This document shows, piece by piece, positions 26,018 to 35,257 of a stretch of DNA of 64,000 nt. Origin of the DNA: Deltaproteobacteria bacterium. Its GTDB lineage: Bacteria; Desulfobacterota; GWC2-55-46; UBA9637. Each line of letters opens with the position of its first letter. Position 1 is the first letter of the stretch. A program made the translations under genes and the position numbers. Under the pieces are notes generated by a model. The model saw nothing but the letters and a program-made list of their open reading frames with translations. It had not been told where the DNA came from and made no database searches. The DNA is taken from positions 6,453-70,452 of the forward strand of contig JACRML010000031.1 in NCBI GenBank assembly GCA_016214995.1, in the 5' to 3' direction.

Positions 26018-29000
26018 ATGCCTGAACAAATGGATACTACCTGCAAAAAACCTCAGCCTGCTTTACTTGAAGATGTCTGGATAACATCAGGCATTTTTTC
26101 AAACCATTATCTATTAGAACGTCTGCCGCAGGCTGGAGCAAAAATCTGGCATAAAGATGAGGATGTACTGCCAGTATATAAAACCATTCAGGAATTATAC
26201 ACGAAAAATATTGTAGGTTTGAGAAGAGGTAATGAGGCAAATACCGAAAGGCGATTTATTGATAAGGTTTTTAATGAATTGGGTTTTGGCTATCTTAATC
26301 AGGATAAAATACCTGAAGCAGAGCGCAGACAGGTGCCTGATTACTTTCTTTACTCTACCCCCGAAGGTGCAGACAATGCCTTCAAACTCTCTCCGCATAA
26401 AAAATACAAACTTGCAATCTCAATTGTAGAATCAAAACGGTGGGATCATAATTTAGACCAGCCGTCATCAGGCAAGGGCAAGGCAACTAAAGGCGGGTAT
26501 CCGCATCAGCAGATAAGGGATTATCTAAACGAATCCGAACACATAAAATGGGGAATCCTTACCAATGGCAAGGAGTGGAGGCTCTATTCCAAAGAGGGGC
26601 GGTCAAGCAAATTTTTTGAGATAGACCTTGAGGCATGTCTTGAAGACCTTCAGAAGTTCAAATATTTCTATCTCCTTTTCAGCCCAAATGCCTTCATAAA
26701 GGAAAGTTCCGGCAGATGTCTCCTTGACAATATTTTTGACGAATCACTTAAGTTTCAGGAAGATGTTGAAAAAGACCTAAGAGTAAAGGTCTTTAACTGT
26801 GTTGAACGGCTTGGGTACGGCTTCCTGTCCAGAGAGGAAAACCGTTTATCTGAAAAAGACCTTGAATCAATATACTATCACAGCCTTATCCTTTTATATA
26901 GAATACTCTTTGTGCTTAATGCAGAGGCAAGAGACCTCCTTCCAACTAACCCACAAACAAATTACTACAAGCATTACGGCATCCAGAGGATAAAGGATAG
27001 GGTTAGGCATGGGAAAGGAGAATTTATAAGTGCCAAAACAGTTTTGTATGATGATTTATCAGCCCTTTTTCATCTGATAAACGGCAGCAATGAAAAACTC
27101 AATAGAGATATGAACATACCAAGATATAACGGCGGTCTTTTTGACCCTGATAAATATAAATTCCTTGAAGAAAAGAAGGCAGGAGACGATGTTCTTTCAG
27201 AGATAATTTATGAACTCTCCAACCGCACTGATAAAAATGGAGATGTCCATAGCATTGACTACAAAGGGCTTGGAGAGAGACATCTTGGAACAGTTTATGA
27301 AGGTTTGCTTGAACATAAGTTTAGTTTCGATAATGGTAAAGTAGTTCTTGAAAATGACAAAGGCGAACGAAAGGCTACAGGGGCATACTATACACCTGAC
27401 CATATTGTTAAGTATATCGTTGAAAATACGCTAGTGCCAATTATAAAGAAAATTGATGAAGAACTTTACCCCACTTTGAAAAAGGGGGGCGTGGGGGGAT
27501 TTTCAAAAGACGACTTTTTTGCCCAGGAAGTGCTGAACCTTAATATCTGCGACCCTGCGATGGGTTCAGGGCATTTCCTTGTCGAGGCTGTTCAATATCT
27601 TGCTGATGAGATTGCCTATCATCCCACAACACAGTTAAAGACGTCAAAAGGCGAAACAGAAGATGAAATTAACTATTGGAAGCGTAAGGTTGTAGAGTCC
27701 TGCATTTATGGAGTTGACATAAAAGAACTTGCAGTTGAACTTGCAAAACTCTCCTTATGGCTTAAGACAGTTGACAAAAGCCAGCCGCTAAATTTCTTAG
27801 ACCATCATCTCAGATGCGGCAATTCGCTTATCGGCGCAAGGATAGCCGACTTAAATTATCTGCCGCGGTCAAAGGGAAAGCAGAAAAAGACAGAGGAGAA
27901 TGAAAGCCAGTTGGTGCTTTTTGATAGAACCCGATTTAAAGAAGACATTACAACAGTAATAAAAGGATTTTATTCAATAGAAGAAATGCCGAGCGAAAAA
28001 ATTTCGGATATAAAGGCAAAGGAAAAGACATTCAAAAAATTGACCGAAGAACTGAATAGATACAGAGAAATTACAGACCTCTGGACAAGTTTGTTTTTTG
28101 GAAACAGCCTTGAACAAGAACAAGAGGCATTTGAAAACATTATACAAGAGCAGGATAAATTCCAGATGGATATATTCGGCTCAGAAACTAAAATCTCCCC
28201 CAAAAAGAAGTCCAAGGCAGGCATATCCAACCAGATTTACAATTTTATAGTTAGTTCACTACAAAGTCCTAACGGCAAAACCCAAGTTCCAAAACTTGAC
28301 TTGCTTCTTGGGAAGTCTGTATCCATTGCAAGGGAAAAGAAATTCTTTCACTGGGAACTTGCATTTCCTGAAGTATTCTTCAATGAAGACGGAAGTCCAA
28401 AAGAGAATCCGGGGTTTGATTGCGTAATAGGAAATCCGCCGTATGATGTTTTATCAGAACTTGAGCAGGAGAGGGATGTAGAGCATGAGAAAGAATTTTT
28501 CTTGCATCAGATGTCGTATAGACCTGCCATTGGCAGCAAACTTAATTTTTATCGCCTCTTTAGTGTCACATCTTTAAATTTACTCAAAAGCAAAGGTATG
28601 CATGGTTTTATCGTTCCTATGGCTTTATTAGCAGATAAACAAGCAAAGCCCTTGAGAGAATTTATACTTAAAAAGAACTGCCTGCAAAAGATAGAAGCAT
28701 TTCCCCAAAAAGATGACCCTGTAAACAGGGTATTTTATGAGGCAAAGTTATCAACCTGCATATATATCCTTTCTAAGCAAAAGCCATTTTCGTTTGATGT
28801 TAGAATCCATCCCGGAAAAGACATCTTGGAAACCTCTACTCGTTTAACCATAATGCCATCTCAAATTGAAGAATTTGACAAAGAAAATTTAAGTATTCCA
28901 TGTTATCCAAATATGACCGCAGAGGATTTTAAACTTGCCTTGAAATTAAACGAAGTTTCTAACGGAATTACACTCGGATACTTTGCGCCATCACAGCAGG

Positions 29001-29959
29001 GCGAGGTTAATCTTACAGCACACTCTGAATATTTGACAAATTCAGAAAAAGGACAAATTATTTTACGAGGTGCTCATATAAATCGTTATGAGTTTAAGGA
29101 AGAACCAAAACAAGGGAGTCCGATGTATCTTGATATTCAGCGATTCCTTGATGCACATGGAGAAGATACAAAAGCATTTGACCACAGGCACATACGCATC
29201 GGTTATCAAAGAGGGGCAGCAATAGACAATTGGCGCAGAATTATTGCAACTGTCATAGAAAAAGATAATTTCTGCTCCGATACAATCAACTATATTGTCA
29301 ATCCTAAAGAATATAGTCTGTTTTCCATTCTTGCATTATTAAATTCATCGCTATGGGAGTGGAGATTCAGGCTTACAAGCACAAACAATCATGTAAATTC
29401 TTATGAAATAGACTCAATGCCAATGCCAGTTATCTCCTTCACCACTCCCCCCAAAAGGGCGGAAGAATTTTTTAAGGATGCTGTTGAACTGTATGATGAT
29501 TCAAAATATGTTGATATTTTCAAATGGGCGGATTATGCATTGGATTTGGGCAGGAATGATACCATTCACGACTTCCTTGCCTATCTTGCAGAGCAGATAA
29601 TTGAGTTAAACAAGGCGAAGAATGAAGAGAGCAAAGGCTTTCTCAAATGGCTTGAAAGGGAAATCGGTACAGGAATTGATGCCTTAACAAACAAAACTGC
29701 AATCAAAGAATATCACGAACACGGCTTTGATCATCTCCTTGAAGTCCTCAAAAAGAACATAAACATAATCTCAATTGACCCTTCAGACCGAAAGAAACAG
29801 GAACTCGTTGAAAAGCATTTCACAAAAAGCATGTCAGTCCTTGAGCCTCTGAAAGAAAAAATTAAGGCGGCCGATAATCTGATAGACCAGATTATTTATA
29901 AGTTGTATGGATTGACGGAGGAGGAGATTGAGATTGTGGAGGGGAAAGTGACTTTATGA
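26018..29959 (+). CDS. Type IIG/IIL-like fused restriction endonuclease and N6-adenine DNA methyltransferase (Eco57I family)
   Basis: 1313 aa. N-terminal PD-ExK (VPDYFLY...IVESKRW), GAYYTPDHIV, SAM motif I DPAMGSGHFLVEA, motif IV GNPPY. TaqI-C-like TRD (LLNSSLWEWRF). C-terminal YKLYGLTEEEIEIVEG. Confidence 0.85.
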   Translation: MPEQMDTTCKKPQPALLEDVWITSGIFSNHYLLERLPQAGAKIWHKDEDVLPVYKTIQELYTKNIVGLRRGNEANTERRFIDKVFNELGFGYLNQDKIPEAERRQVPDYFLYSTPEGADNAFKLSPHKKYKLAISIVESKRWDHNLDQPSSGKGKATKGGYPHQQIRDYLNESEHIKWGILTNGKEWRLYSKEGRSSKFFEIDLEACLEDLQKFKYFYLLFSPNAFIKESSGRCLLDNIFDESLKFQEDVEKDLRVKVFNCVERLGYGFLSREENRLSEKDLESIYYHSLILLYRILFVLNAEARDLLPTNPQTNYYKHYGIQRIKDRVRHGKGEFISAKTVLYDDLSALFHLINGSNEKLNRDMNIPRYNGGLFDPDKYKFLEEKKAGDDVLSEIIYELSNRTDKNGDVHSIDYKGLGERHLGTVYEGLLEHKFSFDNGKVVLENDKGERKATGAYYTPDHIVKYIVENTLVPIIKKIDEELYPTLKKGGVGGFSKDDFFAQEVLNLNICDPAMGSGHFLVEAVQYLADEIAYHPTTQLKTSKGETEDEINYWKRKVVESCIYGVDIKELAVELAKLSLWLKTVDKSQPLNFLDHHLRCGNSLIGARIADLNYLPRSKGKQKKTEENESQLVLFDRTRFKEDITTVIKGFYSIEEMPSEKISDIKAKEKTFKKLTEELNRYREITDLWTSLFFGNSLEQEQEAFENIIQEQDKFQMDIFGSETKISPKKKSKAGISNQIYNFIVSSLQSPNGKTQVPKLDLLLGKSVSIAREKKFFHWELAFPEVFFNEDGSPKENPGFDCVIGNPPYDVLSELEQERDVEHEKEFFLHQMSYRPAIGSKLNFYRLFSVTSLNLLKSKGMHGFIVPMALLADKQAKPLREFILKKNCLQKIEAFPQKDDPVNRVFYEAKLSTCIYILSKQKPFSFDVRIHPGKDILETSTRLTIMPSQIEEFDKENLSIPCYPNMTAEDFKLALKLNEVSNGITLGYFAPSQQGEVNLTAHSEYLTNSEKGQIILRGAHINRYEFKEEPKQGSPMYLDIQRFLDAHGEDTKAFDHRHIRIGYQRGAAIDNWRRIIATVIEKDNFCSDTINYIVNPKEYSLFSILALLNSSLWEWRFRLTSTNNHVNSYEIDSMPMPVISFTTPPKRAEEFFKDAVELYDDSKYVDIFKWADYALDLGRNDTIHDFLAYLAEQIIELNKAKNEESKGFLKWLEREIGTGIDALTNKTAIKEYHEHGFDHLLEVLKKNINIISIDPSDRKKQELVEKHFTKSMSVLEPLKEKIKAADNLIDQIIYKLYGLTEEEIEIVEGKVTL

Positions 29960-32481
29960 ATTTTGAACGACCGCAACCCTTACATAAAAATATTGAAGTC
30001 AAAGCAACCAATAGGCCCATTAAAATTGCTTACCTTGTTCCATATGAAGAAAGTATAACTACACATAGGATACTTGATGCGGTTTTCCATGAATCATATA
30101 CCCGCTGGGGTGGTGTTCATACATTAATTATTCCTACTAATAGCAACAGTTTTTTGTTGGAAGAATACGATAAGTGGCTGCAATTTTATGACCCTGATTT
30201 TATTTATACATATGTTGATTTAGAACAGTCAGTGATTGCAAAAATAGATCACGCTTGTTGTCCTATCGCATTCATAAGTCACAAAAAATCAGAAATAACC
30301 CGATGGCAGGATTACATACCCGACTGGGGGGTATATTTCAAATCGATTTCATCGCTAACAACAATACATAGCCCATATGCTGGTTATCGTAGCCTACTAC
30401 CGTGGACTGAAAAAGAACAGAAAATAACACTTATTACCCAATACAAAGAAATTTCTGAAGAGCGTTTTATCGCTGATAACTTTGGAACTGCCTTTAATTT
30501 ACATATGTATCCTAACCCTATACAAGGGCTTTTTGATACTCTCTGTTTAGTGCCAAATGATTTGGGTAAGCATATGCATGTAGGTACTACAAAAACCACC
30601 TCAATTATAGATATACTTTCTCAAATAAGCGGCAAAAAAGCTATTATGATTGCAAAACTATCAATGGCTTACAGCAAATCTATATGCTGTGTGCAATCTT
30701 ATAGGTGGGATAGTTTCAACCTCTTTGTTGGAGATACTTGTCTTGATCGAATTCATTTCTGGAATGCAAGAAGTTTTTCTCCGGATTATATCAACGTGCC
30801 AGCCGCACTTATTGTAAAAAAGATACAGATAGAAGAATCAGATTTTATTACTCAGCTAGGCTTGTATCTAAATAGTCATAATTTTTTAGGGCAACATACT
30901 GGCCAGGCTTCAGTAGCAATAAGGAGCTTTAGCCACAACATTGAAGAACTCAAGCCGATACAAGAGAGATTACAAAAATGCACCTTCAATCGTGTGATTT
31001 TAACAAATGAATATAATAACCCTGCAATTCCATCTACCGACGATTTCAAACACTATTATCATAGTGGGTCTGCAGATGTAACGACATTTAAGTTAAGCGA
31101 AACTATTAATAAAATACAGGCGAAGGAGCCCGAACATTTTGCGTTCACTCCACCACGATTTAGAGGAATAAATGAAGGTCAGTGGATTGTCGAGCTTGAA
31201 ATTGAACGCCACAATAGCCTTTCTCGTGTTGTCAATGTTGCTGATACTTGGATGCCGCCACGGCGTCATAAAGCAGTAAGAGCATTTACTAAAAATTTGG
31301 GGAGGATTTCAAAAAACCATAGAATTTCTCTTATACCATCAACAGATAACCATCCATTATTGAGTAGCCCAATTAAAAAGGACTACTCATACTCCCTCTT
31401 TTTGCCGGATGATGAAACTTTTTTTCGATGGTTCGCCATCGATGCGGTTAATTATCTAAAAGAAGATTTACGGTCTTCACTTTCCTATGACCTATACAAT
31501 GGTTTGTCTGTCTCCGATAAAGGGCAAAATTTAAGAGGTGTAATTTCTATGTTTGGCAATCTTTCTGATGCATCTGAATGCTTGACCAATAAGTTTTGGC
31601 GTCAGATTATAAGAGCAAACAAGAGCAAGGTGGATGATGAAAAAGATGCCCAAAGACCAGATAATATTTTCAGTTGGGATAAATTGTTCTCTTTTATACC
31701 AAATGACCATAAATTTAAAGAGCAGCTACGGAAAAAATTACGCATTGGAAACAGGTTTAAAATACATGATTACTTGGTTGCAGACTTCAATGACGCGTTG
31801 GAATTTCTGATTAACAAAAAAGTTTTCTATCAGGTGCATCAGTGGAGGTGTTCATATTGCGGGCATACAAATACGCTTACCTTTGATCATATTAAAAGAA
31901 CAAATAATTGTGAGATTTGTGATAAGGAATATTTTGCACCGATTGATATTGAGTGGAAGTATAAACTTAATGACTTTGTATATAAATCATTATGTGAGCG
32001 TAACGGACTGACTGTTTTGTGGGCGTTGGGTCATTTACAAGAACGGGATGTGCATAGCAGTTTTTATTACCTTCCAGAAGTTAATTTGTTTTTAGAACAT
32101 AATAATTCAGAGAAAAAGCATGAAATAGATATTTTATGCATGATAGGTGGAAAGTTTTATGCTGTAGAAGCTAAATTTAGTTCAACCGGTTTTACTAAGA
32201 AACATGATGAGATTGAAAAGTTCATTAAGAAAATCTCATTAATCAGACCCGATGTCGCTCTATTAGCATTTGAACAGTATTGTGAACCTGAAGCTGATAC
32301 GGAGTCTGCCAAGAAGGATTTGAAAGGAGTGGTTGCAGATATATCTCAGAAAATAGGGGAGCAAATAAAAATTGAAACGGTAGTTGCATCTGATTTCGAA
32401 GAATTTAATGAGTATCCTGTTGATTTAGGTTGTTGGGGCAAACGTGTTTTAAAGATGCTTTATAAACTCGACAGCAAATAA
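29956..32481 (+). CDS. Uncharacterised 841-aa protein with a C-terminal zinc ribbon and PD-(D/E)xK-like nuclease signature
   Basis: ATGA overlap with the methyltransferase stop. CSYC-x16-CEIC at aa 632-655. HEIDILCMIGGKFYAVEAK at aa 722-740 (E-x-D...E-x-K). No Walker A or other motif recognised in aa 1-630. Confidence 0.8.
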   Translation: MNFERPQPLHKNIEVKATNRPIKIAYLVPYEESITTHRILDAVFHESYTRWGGVHTLIIPTNSNSFLLEEYDKWLQFYDPDFIYTYVDLEQSVIAKIDHACCPIAFISHKKSEITRWQDYIPDWGVYFKSISSLTTIHSPYAGYRSLLPWTEKEQKITLITQYKEISEERFIADNFGTAFNLHMYPNPIQGLFDTLCLVPNDLGKHMHVGTTKTTSIIDILSQISGKKAIMIAKLSMAYSKSICCVQSYRWDSFNLFVGDTCLDRIHFWNARSFSPDYINVPAALIVKKIQIEESDFITQLGLYLNSHNFLGQHTGQASVAIRSFSHNIEELKPIQERLQKCTFNRVILTNEYNNPAIPSTDDFKHYYHSGSADVTTFKLSETINKIQAKEPEHFAFTPPRFRGINEGQWIVELEIERHNSLSRVVNVADTWMPPRRHKAVRAFTKNLGRISKNHRISLIPSTDNHPLLSSPIKKDYSYSLFLPDDETFFRWFAIDAVNYLKEDLRSSLSYDLYNGLSVSDKGQNLRGVISMFGNLSDASECLTNKFWRQIIRANKSKVDDEKDAQRPDNIFSWDKLFSFIPNDHKFKEQLRKKLRIGNRFKIHDYLVADFNDALEFLINKKVFYQVHQWRCSYCGHTNTLTFDHIKRTNNCEICDKEYFAPIDIEWKYKLNDFVYKSLCERNGLTVLWALGHLQERDVHSSFYYLPEVNLFLEHNNSEKKHEIDILCMIGGKFYAVEAKFSSTGFTKKHDEIEKFIKKISLIRPDVALLAFEQYCEPEADTESAKKDLKGVVADISQKIGEQIKIETVVASDFEEFNEYPVDLGCWGKRVLKMLYKLDSK

Positions 32482-32561
32482 AAAACATTATTTTTTAAGA
32501 TGATACAATAAAAAAGAGCACATCGTTCTTCAGGCAGAGGGCGGGAGAGTGATGAGAATAA

Positions 32562-32954
32562 TTGACCAAAAAAACTCAAAAACTTTTAGATGAGTTAAGA
32601 GTCTTGCCTGCTGAAACCGAATGGGTATGGTTTAATAGGAAGTTGAGAAATGAGCGGCATTTCCAGATTTATAACTTTGATGACGGTCAACCGATTGAGC
32701 CTGACTTTGTTCTATTTCTCAAAAAGAAAGATTCGGATATTTCACTGCACTATCAAGTGTTCATTGAACCGAAAGGTGAGCACCTTTTAAAATATGACGA
32801 ATGGAAAGAGAACTTTTTAAAATCATTGAAAAAGAAGCATCAGATAAATATATTATGGAAATCAAAAAAATACACTGTATGGGGAATGCCTTTCTATAAT
32901 GAGGCGTTAAAGAAAACCGAATTTGAAGATGAATTCAGGGCTGCACTGTTATAG
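32562..32954 (+). pseudogene. Remnant of the C-terminal nuclease domain of a type III-restriction-like helicase/endonuclease
   Basis: 130 aa with a TTG start. W.WFNRK...F.I.Y...G..IEPDFVLFL...QVFIEPKGEHL is the PD-ExK tail normally found at the end of roughly 900-aa ResIII helicases. No helicase part is present. Confidence 0.5.
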
Positions 32955-33090
32955 GATAATGATGAAAAACCAGCCGCAACCCTTAACCATCCAGTCTGCC
33001 AAAACCGCCCACTAAAGGGCGCTCCTCGACAGGTTGGTTATGGGCTTTATGGGTTGACAAAGGAAGAGATAAGTATTGAAAACTACCCAT
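32955..33090 (+). pseudogene. Relic of a methyltransferase C-terminus
   Basis: Open frame ...APRQVVGYGLYGLTKEEISIE... mirrors the YKLYGLTEEEIEIVEG ending of the intact enzyme. No start and no upstream domain. Confidence 0.4.
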
Positions 33091-33132
33091 CTCCTGAAGG
33101 GGATAGGTATATTACAAAAGGAGGGTTATTTT

Positions 33133-33312
33133 ATGAAGAATATTGATATGCAGATTCAGGGAGACATGCTCACCATCAAAGTAGATTTAAAAAAGGAGTT
33201 TGGTCCCTCTGCTTCCGGTAAGACTACAATAATTGCAACTACCGAAGGTAATGTTACAGCGCCTGAGCATGAGAATATTAAGATAGGAATAAACGTGTAT
33301 AGGAAAAAGTAA
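33133..33312 (+). CDS. Small conserved-looking hypothetical protein (59 aa)
   Basis: AAGGAGGG about 7 nt upstream of ATG 33133. MKNIDMQIQGDMLTIKVDLKKEFGPSASGKTTIIATTEGN... The ORF-track start at 33076 lies in the methyltransferase relic. Confidence 0.55.
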   Translation: MKNIDMQIQGDMLTIKVDLKKEFGPSASGKTTIIATTEGNVTAPEHENIKIGINVYRKK

Positions 33313-33320
33313 TAAACCAG

Positions 33321-33376
33321 AAAATGTATTTGGCCAAAGATTGCGTTTGCCAAAAAATGTAACTTCATTTTTTGGG
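33321..33376 (-). repeat. MITE-like element, 5'-terminal fragment (about 55 bp)
   Basis: Reverse complement cccaaaaaatgaagttacattttttggcaaacgcaatctttggccaaata matches the left end of the copies at 44240 and 59129. Confidence 0.75.
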
Positions 33377-33387
33377 TAAAGGAACGT

Positions 33388-34059
33388 ATGGACGAGATTA
33401 AAATAGACAAGGTAATAAGGTCTCATAGAAAAACTATTGCCCTTGTAATAACACAAGATACTGCACTTGTGGTGCGCGCCCCTTTCTTTACACCGCTTGA
33501 ATACATTCAGAAGTTGATTGAGAGAAAACGTTTCTGGATAAATAGGAAGCAGGAAGAGATAAGGAAAAGACCGATAGTAAAGCCAAAGGAATTTGTCAGC
33601 GGCGAGGTTTTTTTGTTTTTGGGGAGGAGCTATAAACTTGAGATTGTAGATGGTTTACAATCCGACATTGAGTTAAGGGATACTCTGCAGATTTCAAGAA
33701 CCAGATTGCCCGTAGCAAAGGAAACGTTGATCGCATGGTACAAGGAACGCGCCCTTGAAAAAATAAGGGAACGTTGCGAATGGTATGCAAAGCTGACCGG
33801 ATACAAGCCAACATCAATAAAGATTACCGGCGCTAAAAGGAGATGGGGCTCTTGCGGACCAAGAGGAACGCTCAATTTTAGCTGGCGGCTTATCATGACA
33901 CCGCTTGAAGTGGTGGATTATGTGGTAGTCCATGAATTGGTTCATCTGGAAGAAAAAAGTCATGCAAAAAAGTTTTGGAGCAAAGTAAAAACCATTCTTC
34001 ACGATTATGAGAAAAGGGAGAGGTGGTTGAAGGAAAATAAGGCAGCGGTTATTTTATAG
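33388..34059 (+). CDS. DUF45/YgjP-type (M48-like) zinc metallopeptidase
   Basis: 223 aa. HExxH in VVVHELVHLEEKSH. WGSC...LNFSWRL is typical of DUF45. Confidence 0.8.
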   Translation: MDEIKIDKVIRSHRKTIALVITQDTALVVRAPFFTPLEYIQKLIERKRFWINRKQEEIRKRPIVKPKEFVSGEVFLFLGRSYKLEIVDGLQSDIELRDTLQISRTRLPVAKETLIAWYKERALEKIRERCEWYAKLTGYKPTSIKITGAKRRWGSCGPRGTLNFSWRLIMTPLEVVDYVVVHELVHLEEKSHAKKFWSKVKTILHDYEKRERWLKENKAAVIL

Positions 34060-34076
34060 GTGTTAGACCCTGAATA

Positions 34077-35114
34077 TCAGGCAGGGCGTGTTAACCCCGA
34101 CACCTTCACCCCGACAAGCCTTACCTCTTTTTGAAAATCTATTTTGTTCAGCACCCATAAAGCTGCTGTCCATATATCATTGAAGGAATCGGTTGGCTCT
34201 TCCATTGTCTTTGCCCTTGTTATGGTGTGGAAGTCTTTGTAGCGAATCTTCAGGGTTACGGTTTTTGCTTTGTATTTATCATATTTCATTCCGTCCACCA
34301 CATCCTTTGCAAGCTCAAACAAGGTCTCTTTTATGAGATACAAATCCCTTGTATCTTCCTGAAATGTAACCTCTCTGGAAAATGAGCTTGGTTCATAAAA
34401 CGGCACAACAGGGCTATCATCCATGCCGTGAGAGTATTCATAGAGCATCCTTCCAAAGGATTTTCCGAAATTTACCTCCAGATGCTGAACAGGGAGCTTT
34501 GCCAATTCACCAATTGTTTTTATACCAAGCTTATGAAGCCTCTTTTCTGTTTTTTCTCCAACCCCCCACAATTTTCTTACAGAGAGAGGGGAAAGTATTT
34601 TGATTATATCCTTTTCCCTTATCACGGTGAAGCCATTGGGCTTATTCATTTCGCTTGCCATCTTTGCCAGAAGTTTATTTGGCGCTATGCCCACCGATGC
34701 TGTAAGGCCAAGCTCCTCCTTAATCCTCTTCTTTATCTCCCTCGCTATATCAAGGGCGCTCTTGCTGCATTCTGTAACATCCATAAATGCCTCATCAAGG
34801 CCGAACGATTCTATGAGCGGCGTGTATTCTCTGATTATTGTTATGAACTTTTCAGATTCGTTTTCATACGCTTCAAAGTCTACCGGCAGAAAGACCGCAT
34901 GAGGGCATCTTTTAGACGCAGTTCTGAGAGGCATACCGGACCTTACCCCAAATTTGCGCGCCTCATACGATGCGGCAGATACAACGCCACGTTTCGTGGG
35001 GTTACCATCGCCGCCCACGATAACGGGCTTGCCTTTTAACTCCGGATGCTTTTTTAATTCTACGGAAGCAAAGAAGGCATCCATGTCTATGTGGATTATG
35101 GAACGGTTTGGCAT
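34077..35114 (-). CDS. dinB: DNA polymerase IV
   Basis: IIHIDMDAFFASVE, Y-family palm, little-finger region. Start chosen at MPNRSIIHID. The ORF is open up to 35168. Confidence 0.9.
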   Translation of the reverse strand: MPNRSIIHIDMDAFFASVELKKHPELKGKPVIVGGDGNPTKRGVVSAASYEARKFGVRSGMPLRTASKRCPHAVFLPVDFEAYENESEKFITIIREYTPLIESFGLDEAFMDVTECSKSALDIAREIKKRIKEELGLTASVGIAPNKLLAKMASEMNKPNGFTVIREKDIIKILSPLSVRKLWGVGEKTEKRLHKLGIKTIGELAKLPVQHLEVNFGKSFGRMLYEYSHGMDDSPVVPFYEPSSFSREVTFQEDTRDLYLIKETLFELAKDVVDGMKYDKYKAKTVTLKIRYKDFHTITRAKTMEEPTDSFNDIWTAALWVLNKIDFQKEVRLVGVKVSGLTRPA

Positions 35115-35257
35115 GTATTCTATACAGAGCGTCATAACTTTGCATACCTGCGTTGCTCCTCGGCTCATCGTTTCGGCGTATGCTTAAAATATGCCTCACT
35201 CCGAGCCTTTGTCGCGCCTTGGTCTGCTTTGTTCTGACGCTCTGTAATGTGTATTTA

